From positions 8,483,625 to 8,547,624 of the forward strand of contig CM082579.2 in NCBI GenBank assembly GCA_040954595.2: a stretch of 64,000 nt of DNA, in the 5' to 3' direction. Numbering within the stretch: position 1 is the first letter of the stretch; every line of letters begins with the position of its first letter. This document shows, piece after piece, positions 13,084-27,030 of this stretch. The notes under the pieces were generated by a model. It ran no database searches. It saw only the letters and a program-made list of their open reading frames with translations, and had not been told where the DNA came from. Source of the DNA: Balanoglossus misakiensis (taxonomy: Eukaryota > Animalia > Hemichordata). Position numbers and translations under genes: made by a program.

Positions 13084-14053
13084 TTATTCTATTGTTCCAC
13101 CGTCTTGCGGCTGAGAGGTGCTACCGCTGGTACTCTGTTGTGCTGCTGCTGGCCACACCGACTGGAGAATCTCTCGCACGGTGGCGCCGAAGTTGCTGTT
13201 CCTGGGCATGGTGCCGGCCGCTTGGTGGGACACGTTGCTGGAGTACGGGTTCTGCTGAGACAGGGCGTAGTGGGCCTGCAGTCGGCGGATGTGATCTTCG
13301 CGCTGCTGAGACAAATTACAAACACACATTAGACAGTGGGGAGAGGTCAACAAACTGTGCGGGTCATAGAACGGCATGAGCATTGTATGGCAGAACAGTG
13401 TTCTCCCTGGGATTTTAGGAAAGCAGTACGGCTAATTTGCACAACAATGCAATCATTTGTTATGTTAATTCAGTTCTATTGTCTTCAAATAATTACAGAG
13501 TGGTGGCCACCATGCTTTAGTTGCTCTGGGGAGAGCAGTGCAGAGTCAGGATTGCCTTTCACATAGCGTGCAACCTGGTGGTTCGATGTCACCAGTCGTG
13601 CAAAACTCAACTCGTACTCGAGGCGTACTTACCATGAAAGGCTGAAGGTATCCACGTTGCTGGGTCTGCAGTATCCTCTCACCACTAGACAACAAACTAG
13701 CACCGTTGTTGAGCAGTCTCTGCAAAGGTCAGCAGAATTACAAACAACGTTTATAGACTGCGGAAAACAGAGACTGAGTACTTTGTATTCAGTACCCATT
13801 CATAAAATTTCCCCTCTTCAGTTGAAAATGTATCTCTTGAACTCCCGATGGTATAAACGCGTGTAAGGGCAGAGAATGATGTTGACTACTTGGTCGCGGC
13901 TTATTCACTTGCGCACACTGCCTACGCGTAATTTTCTTGTCTATTTCGAGCAACACGCCCTCTCATCTCAACTCAACACTGAGCTACACAACAAAACAGT
14001 TATTTTTTTTTACCTGTAAATTCTGGTACATCTGATTACTGGAGATCATTTGC

Positions 14054-14091
<38 letters not shown>

Positions 14092-17000
14092 CTGCAACAA
14101 GAGCCTCTGTTGCTGCATCCACCTCATGGCCAGCTCCGGATCGACCGCAGGCCGCTGTACCCGCCCTTCCTTTTCGGCGTTGTATTCGGACCACGCCGCC
14201 TGCCGTTCCTCCTCGGACAACTCTTCAGACACGATGTTCTCCAGGAGGGAGTCGTGCTCGTGAAACTTCAAGATCCACTCCTTCTTGGAGGTCAGAAGTT
14301 CAGCGAGGATGTAATCCTGAGGTCCGAAGTAAATACAGGTGGCAAAAATAAAAATCAGAAAAAATCATTGAGTCAACACTTAATGGTATACAGTCACCTC
14401 TAATTTACATAATTATGTCTATATATGGTCAAAGGGCGTGTCCAAGTGTTTGAATGACCATGTGGTGGCACACTTTTCTTCAGGTGTGCAACCCACAGAA
14501 AATCTGTGATTTGCTATTTTAAATACAGTCAAACCCCTCTTAGAGGCCACCCCTATATATATATAGTGGCCACTTTGTTACAGTCCCTGTGCAATTCACA
14601 TGTGTGTTACCGGTAATTAACCTGAGTTACCTCTATATAAAGGTCACCTCTCTATAAAGGCCAGTTTTGGAAAGTCTCTTGACTGGCCACTATAGAGAGA
14701 TTGACTGTATCACCTTTCTCAATAAGCTTATAAATGAAGAAAATGTCACACGGTGTGCTGAGATATCCCTTTATCATAATGGACTTTTTTTCTTCCTACT
14801 TACTTTTGGCAACATGGGCGTTGGCTGTTCCTCCTCCGGATTGTAGACATCTGGATTGAAGTGGTAGAGTTCAGACAAATCGGCGGAGGTGAAGTGCCGG
14901 CTAATTTGGTGCTCATCGACGACACGCTGAGCCAGGGACTGTTTGGTAACCTGATGAAGAAATAGTGAAACAATTTTGAGATGTACATGTGGTGACACAG
15001 TAAACAGTTCATACTCCCATACTTTACACGCACTAACTTTGCAATATTTGTAGGACTGATGACTTAATTAGGTCACTGACTATTCATGAAGTCTGACCTT
15101 ACCTGTCTTTCATAGATCTTCTCCTCCATTGTACCCTAGAAATAAAACATTTACATACTATCAATGTTTGACATTTGTAAACCCTCCCTTTTTTGACGCA
15201 AGATCAACACTTTCCAAAGCTTGTCACGTCCATAACAGTGCTCTACAAACAAAAAGTATGACAATGTTTAACGCAAAAAAAAACATCCATTTTCCACCCA
15301 GTCAGCACCATGTCAAATATGGCGTGTCTCATGAATTGGTCGACTCAAGTTAAATTTTTCAAAGGCTTTCCACCAAGAGCTCTAGGATTGGTACCCCCTG
15401 GGCATTTCCTCTAACTCTAATCCTAATTAATGGATGGGATGAAAAGTACAGGTGGCAAATGTCCGGGGTAACAGTTATAATACCCAAGGAAGTCCCTTCA
15501 GTGAATTCAACACTGGGTCTTTCTATGGAGCCTGTGATCTTTAATGGAAGTTCTCACAGAATACACAGATACGCAAAATCAACAGAAGATCCAGACTTAA
15601 CCACAGACTGCCTCTCGGATCAAACCTACCTGTGCCAGAAACCTGTATACATAGCAGGCTTTCACCTGTCCGAACCTGTAGACTCGGAATATGGACTGCA
15701 CATCATGAGTGGGGTTCCACGAGGCGTCGAAGATGATGACACGATTGGCTGCGACTAAGTTGATACCCAGTGAACCAGCCTTTGTTGAGATCAGGAAAAG
15801 CCTGGCCCTAAAACGTAATATGTTTTATATTTTAGAGTTTGGGAAACTGTGCTAACTTGCTTTGGAATGCCTATTCAGCATGTTTTTATTTAGCTCAGCT
15901 AAATCCTACAGGACTTATTTCCCAAAACACAAGAAAGGGCTCAGTTTTCAGAGTAGCTTGGCGCTTTTACCCCATCACCTTGCCAGAAGTACATGTACAT
16001 GTACTGTCTCTCAGGTACAAAACACAACAATAGATATGCAAATATGCTGTCCAAAAAACATCAGGCCAATTTATTATTTTGTAGACTAACTTTCATCTAC
16101 ACAGGAAGACTAACCTTAAATTTGTAGGATCGTTGAAATTCTCACACCACCTCTTTCGGTTCTGAGCATTTGTTGAGCCATCCATTCTGTAGTAATCAAT
16201 GTTTTTCACCCATGCACCATTCCCACATTTCTGTCACAGCAAAAAAAAATACACAACAACAACCATTATTTTGATGTCTAACTTTTGCAAATGTTGATCT
16301 GCCATCTTTGATGTTTGATTACCAAATCTACCTACCCCCACCCCCACCCCCCCCCCCCCCACCCTTGCCCCAAAAGGTTAACTTTCAGACTCACTTGCAG
16401 TATTGGGTCTGGCTCCGCATCCTCCTTCCCCGCATCCTCTGCTTTCTTCTCTATGTACTCCAAGAAGTCTTCAATTATGTCCAGGGAGAGCAGGCTTTGA
16501 CTGAACACTAGGCTGTGGAATCAAAACAGAGAAGCATACCACTGAAATGGTTAATGCTGGACTGAGGACATCAATGGGGGTTTCTCTATAGTATCCCTGC
16601 AGTGGTTTTCTTGCTAGTATGACTGGGTGTGCCAAAGAGCAATTCGTTGTAACGACTGGGGGGAAACCAACACTTACTGGCTTTAGCCCATAACTGAAAT
16701 TCACCCACTCTATCACACTCAAATGAAGTAATATTTTGATATCACTTGAACAAACATGCCCCCTCAATGTCCATAACTTACACTTTGTCGCCAATTTCCT
16801 CCGACAGTTTCAGAACCTCCAGCAGCAGGCACAGTTTGCCGCTGCGGTCCACGTTGAAAGCATCCTCCTCCTTGACATGCTCGCTGTACCACTCATTATC
16901 TTGTCTCTCAGTCAATTCAACCAGTTCTTCTATTCAATGGATGGGAGGAAAAGCAAGGATGCACAAAGGTTAGGTCATATGCTACATGTAAATGTACAAG

Positions 17001-20000
17001 ATGTAAATACGGAACGTCTGTGTCCATCCCTAGATTCCCACTCCACTTATTCATCGAGACTCTCTCCAACATGTATGAACTACAAAATCTATGGTGGTCG
17101 TGCTTTTTTCTCATAAGCGGCCCCTAAACTGTTTTCAGTGCAATAGTTTTGTTTCAGAGTTCACCTTGATGCAGCACAATTGAGCGTTTTGTTTGAGAGG
17201 TTCAACTACAAAATCTCCCTCTACATTGAGAGGCCAGGCGGCATCACCTTCCCCCCCTGGACCCTTTACCTTTTTCTTCTACGGAATCGCCATCCTTTTT
17301 GTCACCCTTGGCCCGCCTGGATCTGCTCTTCCAGGAGTTTACCACTTCAACACTGCTGTCCGAGTCGTAAGACTTGCCTTTCCCGTTCGATCTGCAGACG
17401 GGAAGAAACAAAGCCATCACAAACAAAACCCAAACAGTGAAATACACAACTTTTTTGGGTGACAAATCAGAGAAAATGGACAATTATTAAAGTACACCGA
17501 CAACTTACTTCGATTGGCCAACCTCCACGACACTGCTGTCACTGTTGTAAGTCTGGGCGCTGGAGTCTTCGTTGTCGTCATCATCATCGATGAAGTCATC
17601 CATGGAGTCAGAATCATAATACTTAGCCTAATTAAAATAGACAACGCAAGAGAGAATGTTCAGCCAATGCTGTATACATGTACATCTCAGTCGCAAATCC
17701 CTAAAACCCATTCACCCGAAGGTTCCCTCTATGGAGGTGCAGGTTTACCACAGAACAATCGATTTGGACCGAACCATGGTGGTGAAAGGGTTAACCTCTA
17801 ACACCACAGCATTGCAGCTTAGCCCCAGAGGATCAAAGAACATGGATGCTTTCCTACAGGCTGCTGTTGATACACAGAATAAATAATGAAAAAAAAAGTT
17901 ACATAACATAGCTTTTATCGTAAATTTGTTAATCATAAAGCTACCGGGATTCGTGACCTAATAGCGACCAACTAACGTACCCTGTTCTGATCCCGTATCG
18001 TTCCGAGTCTCAAAATGTGCGGATGGGTCCAGATCCGCATGAACATGTGGTAGTCGGAAAAGAGGCCAGTACCAGTACTGCCAGATCCACTGTTGCCCGA
18101 AATCGCCGACATCTTCTGGAGATACTGCTCGTACAGCTTGATCTGGACATCGGACAGCCTCACCGAGATCACGTACTCGTGTTTCGGCGGCAGGAACTTG
18201 GTCAAGGCCGTGTAGTCCTTTCGCTGCGGTAAAAGAATAACAACACACTTGCTGAGGGGGCGCACTGGGAAATATTGTTGAAAGATTCATGGGTATGACT
18301 AGCAACAGAACTGAATATTAATGAGCATGAATATTAATGAGCTACCAGCAAGAACCCTGTGAACAGTGATGCTTTCATGACTGACCTGCACGCAACCGGA
18401 CAACAAATCGTGCAAGACGTGGGCGCGTTTCTTCATCAGTTTGACGTCGTGCGCCGTGGAATCTGCGTGCTGTCCGTTGCTGATTGGGTTGCCAAAGCGA
18501 TTTGCAAACTCCTTTTTCGTACCAAGCAGTTTGGGTTTTACGAAGCTGACCATGCAGTGGTCTGCAAATGACACAGCGTAAAAAGGAAGTCCTATGATTA
18601 ATTGTACAATTTCATCAATTCACAAGAATGTTTAAAGATTGACACTTCATGTTGGTACGAGTGGCTGAAATACTATTTCCGGGACTTGAAAACTAGAAAA
18701 AAAAACTTTTTCCGGAATGTACAAGGACCTTCCACAGCGTGATTTAAAGTTCTCTTTTCTCTTCAAATATTACTGAAACAACACAAGTGAGACCCTTACA
18801 CTCAAAGAGGTTGTTCTGGAGTGGGGTGCCTGTCAGACAAATCCTCCTCTTTGTTCTGACGCTGTTCAAGGCCTCGGATATGGAGGTGGAGTCATTCTTC
18901 AGGATATGTCCTTCGTCACAGACAACAATGTCAGGACCTTGAAACAAAAAATACACATGTTTATAGACCATTAATGTCTTGGCTTGTAAAAACACCAAAA
19001 TATATTTGTTACATAGGAAATCAATTTTCTCTAGGCAATGGTTGACAGATGTCAAAAGGAACTGCATACAAAGTATATGTCATACATCCATTAGCCTATA
19101 ATTGTGCATTTGGTGAAGATTCCAAACACGGTTACATTTATATAAGCAGACTTTTGATTGAAAAATTTTGTGTTTATCAGCAATGTGTATTCTACTTATA
19201 CTTTAACTTTATTAACAACACCGTGAGCAATAGGAAATGCTAACGAATTAATGCCTTCATTGCCTGTTCCCCATCCTTTGCCTGTTCAAGTCCTTCAAAT
19301 TCTGGCAAGGGGCTGCGATCTCCCCACAACCACACCTTCCCATCCCCCCCCCCCCCTCCCTCCCTCCCTGGTGAATTCCACCCCTTACCTGGGTCAACAA
19401 GAGTCTCGTGAAATATCCTTTTCAGGTTCTTCTTCTTCACGCGGGATGCCTTCGACAGCATCCTGTACATATCGTAGCCCATGATCATGATTCCCCCGTC
19501 TTCGTGCCACGACTCCAGGGTGTCCGCCCGCTTCCAGTTTTCCTTCACGCTCGCCATTTCAAACACCTACCGGTTCATGCAAGACAACGTGTGTCACAAT
19601 TTAGTGGAGGAGAACACATTCCGTTTGCTGGCTTTTCTTCGCTCTTTCGGACGCTATTCAGTGGAACTGATGATGATGCTATAACACAGAACTTTATGCC
19701 ACATTGGAACTTTTTTTTCTGTTTTCCATGGTTTTAAAGGTTAAATAAACAAGTGAATTTGTCAACATTCCAGGTGCATCAAAGAGAGCAGTGGGATAAT
19801 TCTCCAGGCCTTCAGTTGTTTAACCTGTTCTCCCTATTCTCCCATGTCAAGGTCGAACTGTGCCACAGAAAACAATAGATTTGGACCAAACCATGGTGGT
19901 GAAAGGGACAACAATAAACACCAGGGGTAAGTGAACTACAGCGTGATGCCAGCAGCGGACAGCTTACAAATTTTACAAGACAGCGTTACCTCAACCCTGT

Positions 20001-23000
20001 GCTTTGGTTCCAGCCACATGGTGCACTCGTTCACCCAGTTGTAGACGGTGTTCAGGGGCGCCACAACCAGCACGGAATGAACCTTGCAGACCCTATGCGT
20101 TAACAGCGTATGCACAAACGTGAACACCTGAATTGGAAGAAACAGAGCGTGAATAGGCCATTTTCATGATGACCCCTACATGACCGTACATATCCTCTTA
20201 CTTTTGTGGGTAAGAATCATTCAAACCTCATACAAAAACTCTACAGTTGCATCTGGGAAGTACCAGGATGTAAAGATATATAGAGTAAAATCATTAAAAT
20301 GTATGCATTCTTTTGAGGTGACCATCATTACGATGCAAGTGTTCGAAATGCCAAAAGTTAAAATATTCTACGCAGAAACGAGACACTGCCGTTTTCATTA
20401 AACTGATAGTAACGCATGTGCTGTAACGTACATATCACAAAACACTTGGCAGTTTTTTTTTTTACACTTACAGATAATGTTTTACCCAGTCCCATACAAT
20501 GGGCCAGAATACAGCCCCCGCCAGGTTCCTTCTTCAGCTTCTCCAGGGATTCTACGCAGGAGTCCCACAGGAATTGCACTGCGTCCACCTGGTGAGGCTT
20601 TAGCTTCCGCACCAGGTGCTTATTGACGGCCACCAGGGGCTCTTTGGTTTCGGGGTCCGACTCCAAGGTCAGCTGAGTTGTGATGGGGCACTTCTGCGGA
20701 GAAGATTCGTCGTCAACCTGGATGACCTGTTGTTGGAGGGGGACAGAAAACTCCTCGTCATTAATAGCACAGGACTGTTGAAACTTGCAACACCCTCTAA
20801 AAGTAGACAAACACTGTAGGGGGGGGGGTTATCTTGACGTACTGGCTGCTTCATGTATATGCTGCACAAAAATCTTGATATCGCAGTCTGTTTTGTACAT
20901 TTAATGCCTGGTACGGTTACGAGTACATCATTAGGAAATCAGCCATGGATAAAATTGGTAACATTTTCACTTACCTCTCTCCTCCTCTGCGCAATTCTCT
21001 TCCTCCTCTCTTCTTCCTCTTTGGCGGCCTTGATGGTTTCGTCTTCCAACTTACTACTGGCAATCAGCTTGCGGATCTTCTTTCTGCCTTTTCCTTTTTT
21101 CTTCCCGTCTTGACTGCTGTCTGAATCATCCTGCGGACATGCATAAGAAAGCCTTGAAATACTTCCAGTTGCCTTTGTGTCAACACCATGTTTGTTTAGA
21201 ACATCTGAGAAATCGAAACGCAAAATATCTGCTGTCCTTTTAAAACAATAAGAACTCTGTGACCGGAACCATCAGATCAGAACACAGCCTCACCTCATCG
21301 GAACTTCCAGAGTCTGAGGAATCCCTGGCCACTTTGATCCGCCGTCGTTTCTTCCCCTTCTTGTAGCTGCGCTTCTTGTCTTCCGAGTCCGACTGGGACT
21401 TCTTGCCCCTGCGGCCACGCCTAGACTTCCGGGTGCGTCTCTTGCGCTTGAACGAGTCTCCGGAGGACACGCTGCTGTCGCTGAGGGACGCCGACGATTC
21501 CTCCGACTCCTCCTCGGAACTGAAGGAGGAACCCTCGGAGGAGTCACTCTGTTTCCGTTTCTTGGTTTTCTTCTTCTTGTCCGAGTCGCTGTCGCTCGAC
21601 TCCGACAACTTCACGGCCAGCAGGCGGTTGCGTTTCAACTTACGGGCCTTTTTAGGACTGACAACTTCTTCGCTGTCGCTGTCGCTGCCACTGCCGCCGG
21701 ACGAGTCTGTTCCGTCACTTTTCGGCGCCTTCTCTTTCTTCGCCGTCTTCTTCTTCTCCTTCTTCTTGCCGATCTCCTCCCCCGACGAAGAGCTGTCGCT
21801 GTCACTGCCCTCCCTCTCCTTTTTCTTCCCGGCTGCACTGTCCGAACCGTCGCTGCTGTCCAGACTGTCCTTCTGCTTGAACTTCAATCGATCGATGTCC
21901 GAATCATCGTCATCGACACCATTGTCCAGCACGCCGTCCGAGTCGATCAGGCTCTGATCAGAATCGCTACCCTCGGCGCCTTTCTTCTTCTTGGGCTTAT
22001 CGGTTACGCTTCCACCCTCTGGAGCTTCCGAATCCGACCCAGAAGAGCTACTTGAGCTGCTGCTCTCGGAAACCTTCTTCTTCTTTCCTTTGCCTTTCTT
22101 TTTGGCTTCAGCGTCAGCGTCCTTCTGCAAGTTCTTACTGCTATCCGACTCTAGACCCGCTTCTGTCGGAAGATCCTCGTTGCTCAGTTCGTCCTCAGAG
22201 TTGTTGGACTTGCTTGCTGCATCGCTATCATCCTCCCTCTTTTTCTTCTTCTTCTTCGACTTGTATTTATTTTTGGCGTTCCTTTCCAGGCAGTCGATTT
22301 CTTCCTCGAGGTCAGAATCATGGTCGGAAGAGTGTGGCTCCCCGTCCTTTTCCTTCTTGTCGGGTTTCTTCTTCTTCTTCTTCAGGTCGGGACTTTTGGG
22401 AAACTGTATCTCGGGATCAGAGTCGTCATCCCCCATTTCGCCGGCTTTCTTGGAGTCGCGTTTCTTCTCCTTTTTGCCAAACTGGAGCCGAACTTTGGTC
22501 TTTCTCCTTCGGCTATTGTCCAAGTCACTGGAGAAGTTCCCAAAGCTGGAATCTGAGTCACTCTTTGCTTTTGCTTCCTCATCATCATCATCATCATTGT
22601 CGTCATCGTCATCGTCATCATCGCTGCTTCCTGCGGCGGCCATGATTTCGTCCAACAACGCTTTCTCACACTCGATATCAAGCCGGCTGCGCTTCCCATC
22701 CGAAGTGGAGGGCTGAGGCTCATCCTCTTCTCCCTCCTCCTCCTCCTCCTCCTCCGTACCTGCCCCCCGTTTCCGTTTCCCCCCGTGTCCACCTTTACCC
22801 TGTTTGCCGGACTTTCCCTCGTACTTCTTCAGCTGCAGCTCCAGCATCTTGGCCTTGGCTCGGATGTCCTTCAAGGCGCTGCGCAGGTCGCCGACGTCGC
22901 CCCCTCCTTTCTCGGAGCCGTGTTTGATGATGACATTCCTCTTCCAAATTTCCACCGCCTCGTTCTTCGACTTGCCGGCCTCCTTCTTCCGGATGACCTG

Positions 23001-26000
23001 GCCGATGCGCCGGGTGTCGCTGGCCAGCCTCTCCACTTCCTCGGTGATGGACTCCGCGTCGGAGAATGAATCCGAGCCCACTCCTTGGCTGCCGACCGAG
23101 CGGTTCCTCCGTTTCCGGTCCCTCGATCTCTCCTTGACTACCGGTACTTTGCCGTCCAACGCATCGAATATAGCATTGCACATCTCCCGGTGTTCGGCCA
23201 GGGGGCCATCGTCGCAGCAGTAACACTTCCACTCGTCCGCGTCGTCGATGGCCGAGAGTTCGCGCCGTCCGAGAACGCGTTTCACGCAGGGTCGGCAAAA
23301 GGTGGAGGTGCAGAAATCGCAGCAGAGGAGTTTACCCCCCTCCCCGCACAGTTTACATTGTTCATCTGTACCGTCTTCATCTTTCGTTATCTTGCCACTC
23401 GTGTAGTATTTGTGACACCTCTGCGAAAGGAAACAAGAAGGATATAATTTTTTTTTTTTGTGGAAATAAAATCTGAATGCTGTAGATATAATAGCACTTG
23501 CCAACTAAAGGATGTGCGTACATGTAAACCAGCATGTGTCTCTTCCCATAGGATTACACTGAGATTTCATTAAATTTTACACATAACTCAAGTAAAAATA
23601 AATTCATTGGGCAAATAAAATAGTATAGTCACCATGCTCTATTTTGAGAGAAGCTATGTTAAATGTTCTGCCCATACACAAACAACTGGTGACAAAATGC
23701 CGACTCAGCAGTTTAGCAGATCGTACATCCTTAATGATATCCAGATGGGAAGAAACCAATTCCTTGACTTGCGTCAAAGTGAATGTAAAAAAATATACAT
23801 GCTGCCGATCAAACTCACCCTGCAGATTAAGATTTTCAACTCAGGATGTCTTCTCACGTTACCTTTGCTACTCGGATTGACTTGTTCACCGCACGAATTG
23901 CAGTGGACTATGCCAATGTCATTGCCATCTTGGCTTCCTGTGCAGGAGGTAAACAGGGGCAAAACGTTATCTTTTCACGGTTTCTACGGTAAATGTAGTA
24001 GAAAGATTTTCAACACAGGGCTCCTCATTTGGTCCTGGAACCTTGTGAACCATGGTATGATTTGCAAGTTTTATTTTGAGTCATGTTCAAACGTAGGAGC
24101 TCCTGCCATAATGACGTTCCGCAAGTTGATTACTGAAAACCTTCCTCGATATCATAAAAATCAGAGAGATTCTAATTACCTGTAGACTTAACCGAAGAAG
24201 TAGATCTTGTGCCATAGTGTGGCTTGTCGTCGGGAACTGGTTCTGGCTGCACCACAACTGTACCTGGAAAATAAGCGATAACGGACGTTGATTTATTACA
24301 GGAAAGGGTCATGAAATTGATGAATGCATGGGCTCCTGTAGATAGAAAGCGAACTAACTCAACAGAACTGGGCTACACACAATCCTTGTGCAAAACAACA
24401 AACATATGTTACCATCTGGCAAAACAGGGATTCCCTCTGCGTTCACTTCAATCGTCATTTCTTCGGCCTCTTCCTTCTTGGCAGACTGAGAATCCTCCCG
24501 TTTCTCTCCCTCATCACTGGCACTGGCAGCGGGCTCCTCGCTGGCTGACTGGACACCGGAGGTTCTTTCCAAGTCAGTTTCGTTGTCCGAGCCGTCGCCA
24601 TCGCCGTCCAGACTCCGAGCTGGCGCCGGTGGGTCGACAAAGTCATCATCGCTGTTGTTGTCTCCCGACAAGACGTGTCTCGTCACTGCAGGTTTCCTTC
24701 AAGACGCACAACAAAGACAAGCTGATTTTACCACTAGAATTACTACTCATGACCATGACACTGACAGCATTCTGATGCCTGATGCCAGTGTTCTCCCCAG
24801 GAATTTCTCACAAAAGTATTATTTGGCTAATCTGCATAACAATTTTCTTATGATCATGAGCTTTTATGGATACTGACTAATTTTTCTTACCTCCTGGATG
24901 AACCAGTCCTGACAGTTTCCTGTAGCGCAAGAAAAAGATTTCATAAAAATTGAAGAAACACATTTTGACCATAGTTTTAATGTTTTGTACATAAGTTGTC
25001 TATGTGCAAGTTTTAAAACAATTGGGATCTTACAAGCACACACATGGCAGTAACAGGACTGACATTCACAACATAGCCTTCATTCCATCTGCTCCTCTCT
25101 AACAATGTTATATCAGAAAATGTCACATGCTTCTTACCTTTTTCTCTGTGTCTGGAGGATCACGCAACTTGTTGATGATGGAATCAAGTCCTGACCTGTG
25201 AAAAATACCACAAAGTGAAAGTTTGTCAACTAGGAATCTTTCTACTCATGATTTTATCGAAGATTGTCAACTTGGCAAGGCATCTATATACATGTAAAAA
25301 CCTCTGAAATATATTGGCACCGACATCTAGTACGTTAAATGACTTAACACCAAAATGCTTATTCAGACATTTATCGCAGCCCATGCCATTCTCAAGGAAG
25401 TATGTTTACAAAACTTGCCAACAAGGACCAACTAATATTTAGCACAATTCTTTAAGAGAAACTAAACTACTAATTTTAGGTTCCCTGCATTTGTATTTTA
25501 TTTACTTGTTAAATATCAAGAATTGCTTAGGCAAAAATATTAACATATTATACTTAATTGATAAACTTTTTTTAATTATTCATCCAAATTTAAATATTCA
25601 TGAGTTGATGATTATGCAAATTACTTATGAATAATTCATTATTTATGTCTTACTGTTTTTTGATCTCTTTGGTTTTTATTTATATTATCTCATACAATAA
25701 AATCAAATATAGGCTGTAATTTACACCTAGAATTTGTCAATAGCCAGAGGGTGCATGCAGATATACCTTGAACTTGAGTGTTGGGTATGTCTGTCATATG
25801 TAAATTGTAATGTATATACATGTATGGTCACTCGTTGCTGTATGTTTCATGTCTCAAATAGAGGTATCCATGTACCAGTCTCAAATATAACTTTCAAACA
25901 CTTAATTAAACTTACATCTTAAGTCATTGCCAACAAATCTACTTTTTATAATATTGAAGGACCAACCAGACACCCGCCATATTTTGGCTGTTCTATCTAC

Positions 26001-27030
26001 CGTTCGTCCTCCCGTTTGCAATTTTTCTCCAACTCAATATTATACAGGTGAAAAATCGTCTCGATAAAAGTCATGTCAGATGAAGGTACAGCCGAAATTA
26101 TGAAAGGTCGCCGATTCAATATGTGATCTAGACGTCCTGTGTGCACTGAACACACGATGTGTTTATCTAACACAAACAACAGAACCTCTCATAAAAGAGA
26201 TGCGGTATCATTAGACTAATTACAGATGGTAGTCTGGAAACACGCTCCCCCTCAGAGAGAGTTGTTTACTTGGGTACACTCTCAACATAAAGCGTATACA
26301 CTTTGAGATTAAACTTTGACATCGTACCCAAGTAAACAACTCTCTCTGAGGGGGAGCGTGTTTCCAGACTACCATCTGTAATTAGTCTAATGATACCGCA
26401 TCTCTTTTATGAGAGGTTCTGTTGTTTGTGTTAGATAAACACATCGTGTGTTCAGTGCACACAGGACGTCTAGATCACATATTGAATCGGCGACCTTTCA
26501 TAATTTCGGCTGTATGTCTACGGTAGGTTGTCGTAGTATGTCACTATGAGTGACCTTCGTCCAGAGGGGGTGCCGGTGGTAAAGTCAACAGCCGCCGACA
26601 ATTGTACAATTTCCCAAATTTTATGTGCATTTGGGGTCAATCACCATCGTTACATAGACGATGAGAATGCTAGCATGTTCCATATTACTGACCTTCGTGA
26701 CGTCTTGTCCATTGTAACCACACGCAAAATGAGTTATAAATTCGACGACGACACCAAAATACCAGACACGTCTCTTTCGAGCACCGTGAAATCGACGATA
26801 TGTCTGTCTAATGTCTATGGCAGATCCCTGCTTTTGTTGTTTCCGATCAAGTCGTCTGCCTAACTGTTATTCTGCGGTTACCACAAAGCCTCCATGTGAT
26901 GTAGGGGTATCCGGTGGGATCAACTATACCGGTGTCGACCGGGCGATCTCGGGTACACTTCATGCGGTGAAGCCGGTGAATACTTTTAGCGTGTACTGCT
27001 TCACTGCTGCCAGCCGCTGGTCTCCGCCAT
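13084..27030 (-). CDS. ATRX: Transcriptional regulator ATRX (ADD domain + SNF2 ATPase), multi-exon
   Basis: Approximate exons: 25138-25196 ([12 protein letters not shown]), 24891-24919, 24413-24696, 24180-24264 (GTVVVQPEP), 23819-23938 (ADD GATA-like finger), 21294-23420 (PHD-like [16 protein letters not shown] + acidic/Lys-rich linker), 20975-21131, 20472-20728 (HCMGLGKT), 19990-20127, 19389-19568, 18799-18938 ([12 protein letters not shown]), 18386-18561, 17981-18224, 17509-17627, 17268-17392, ~16781-16925, ~16395-16513, ~16115-16231, 15630-15807, 15103-15136, 14803-14951, 14013-14317, ~13633-13718, 13084-13305 (stop). First exon uncertain: ATG at 27030 or ~26895, both phase-compatible. Confidence 0.97.
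14050..14097 (-). repeat. CAG/CAA repeat encoding poly-Gln in the ATRX C-terminus
   Basis: About 16 consecutive Gln codons within exon 14013-14317. Confidence 0.9.
14380..14515. mobile_element. Partial Kolobok/T2-like MITE (same family as 55954-56127)
   Basis: GGTATACAGTCACCTCTAATTTACAT...CCCACAGAAAATCTGTGATT aligns with the 5' half of the full copy. Confidence 0.65.
14526..14707. mobile_element. Tc1/mariner (pogo/Tigger-like) MITE
   Basis: TA-CAGTCAAACCCCTCTTAGAGGCCA ... TGGCCACTATAGAGAGATTGACTG-TA: imperfect TIRs with TA TSD. Confidence 0.8.
17748..17794 (+). repeat. Dispersed repeat end (piggyBac-like GGG-TTAA terminus); second copy at 19864-19907
   Basis: GATTTGGACC(G/A)AACCATGGTGGTGAAAGGG shared between two ATRX introns. 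Confidence 0.6.
26089..26512. mobile_element. Young MITE/foldback with perfect 189-bp TIRs and TA TSD in ATRX intron 1
   Basis: 26087-26277 is the reverse complement of 26324-26514 (no mismatch seen), with a 46-bp spacer. Termini TA-CAGCCGAAATT...AATTTCGGCTG-TA. Confidence 0.93.

Noticed and set aside
21376-23447. Long plus-strand ORFs (193, 241, 197, 139 aa)
   Set aside because: Antisense shadows of the low-complexity ATRX exon.
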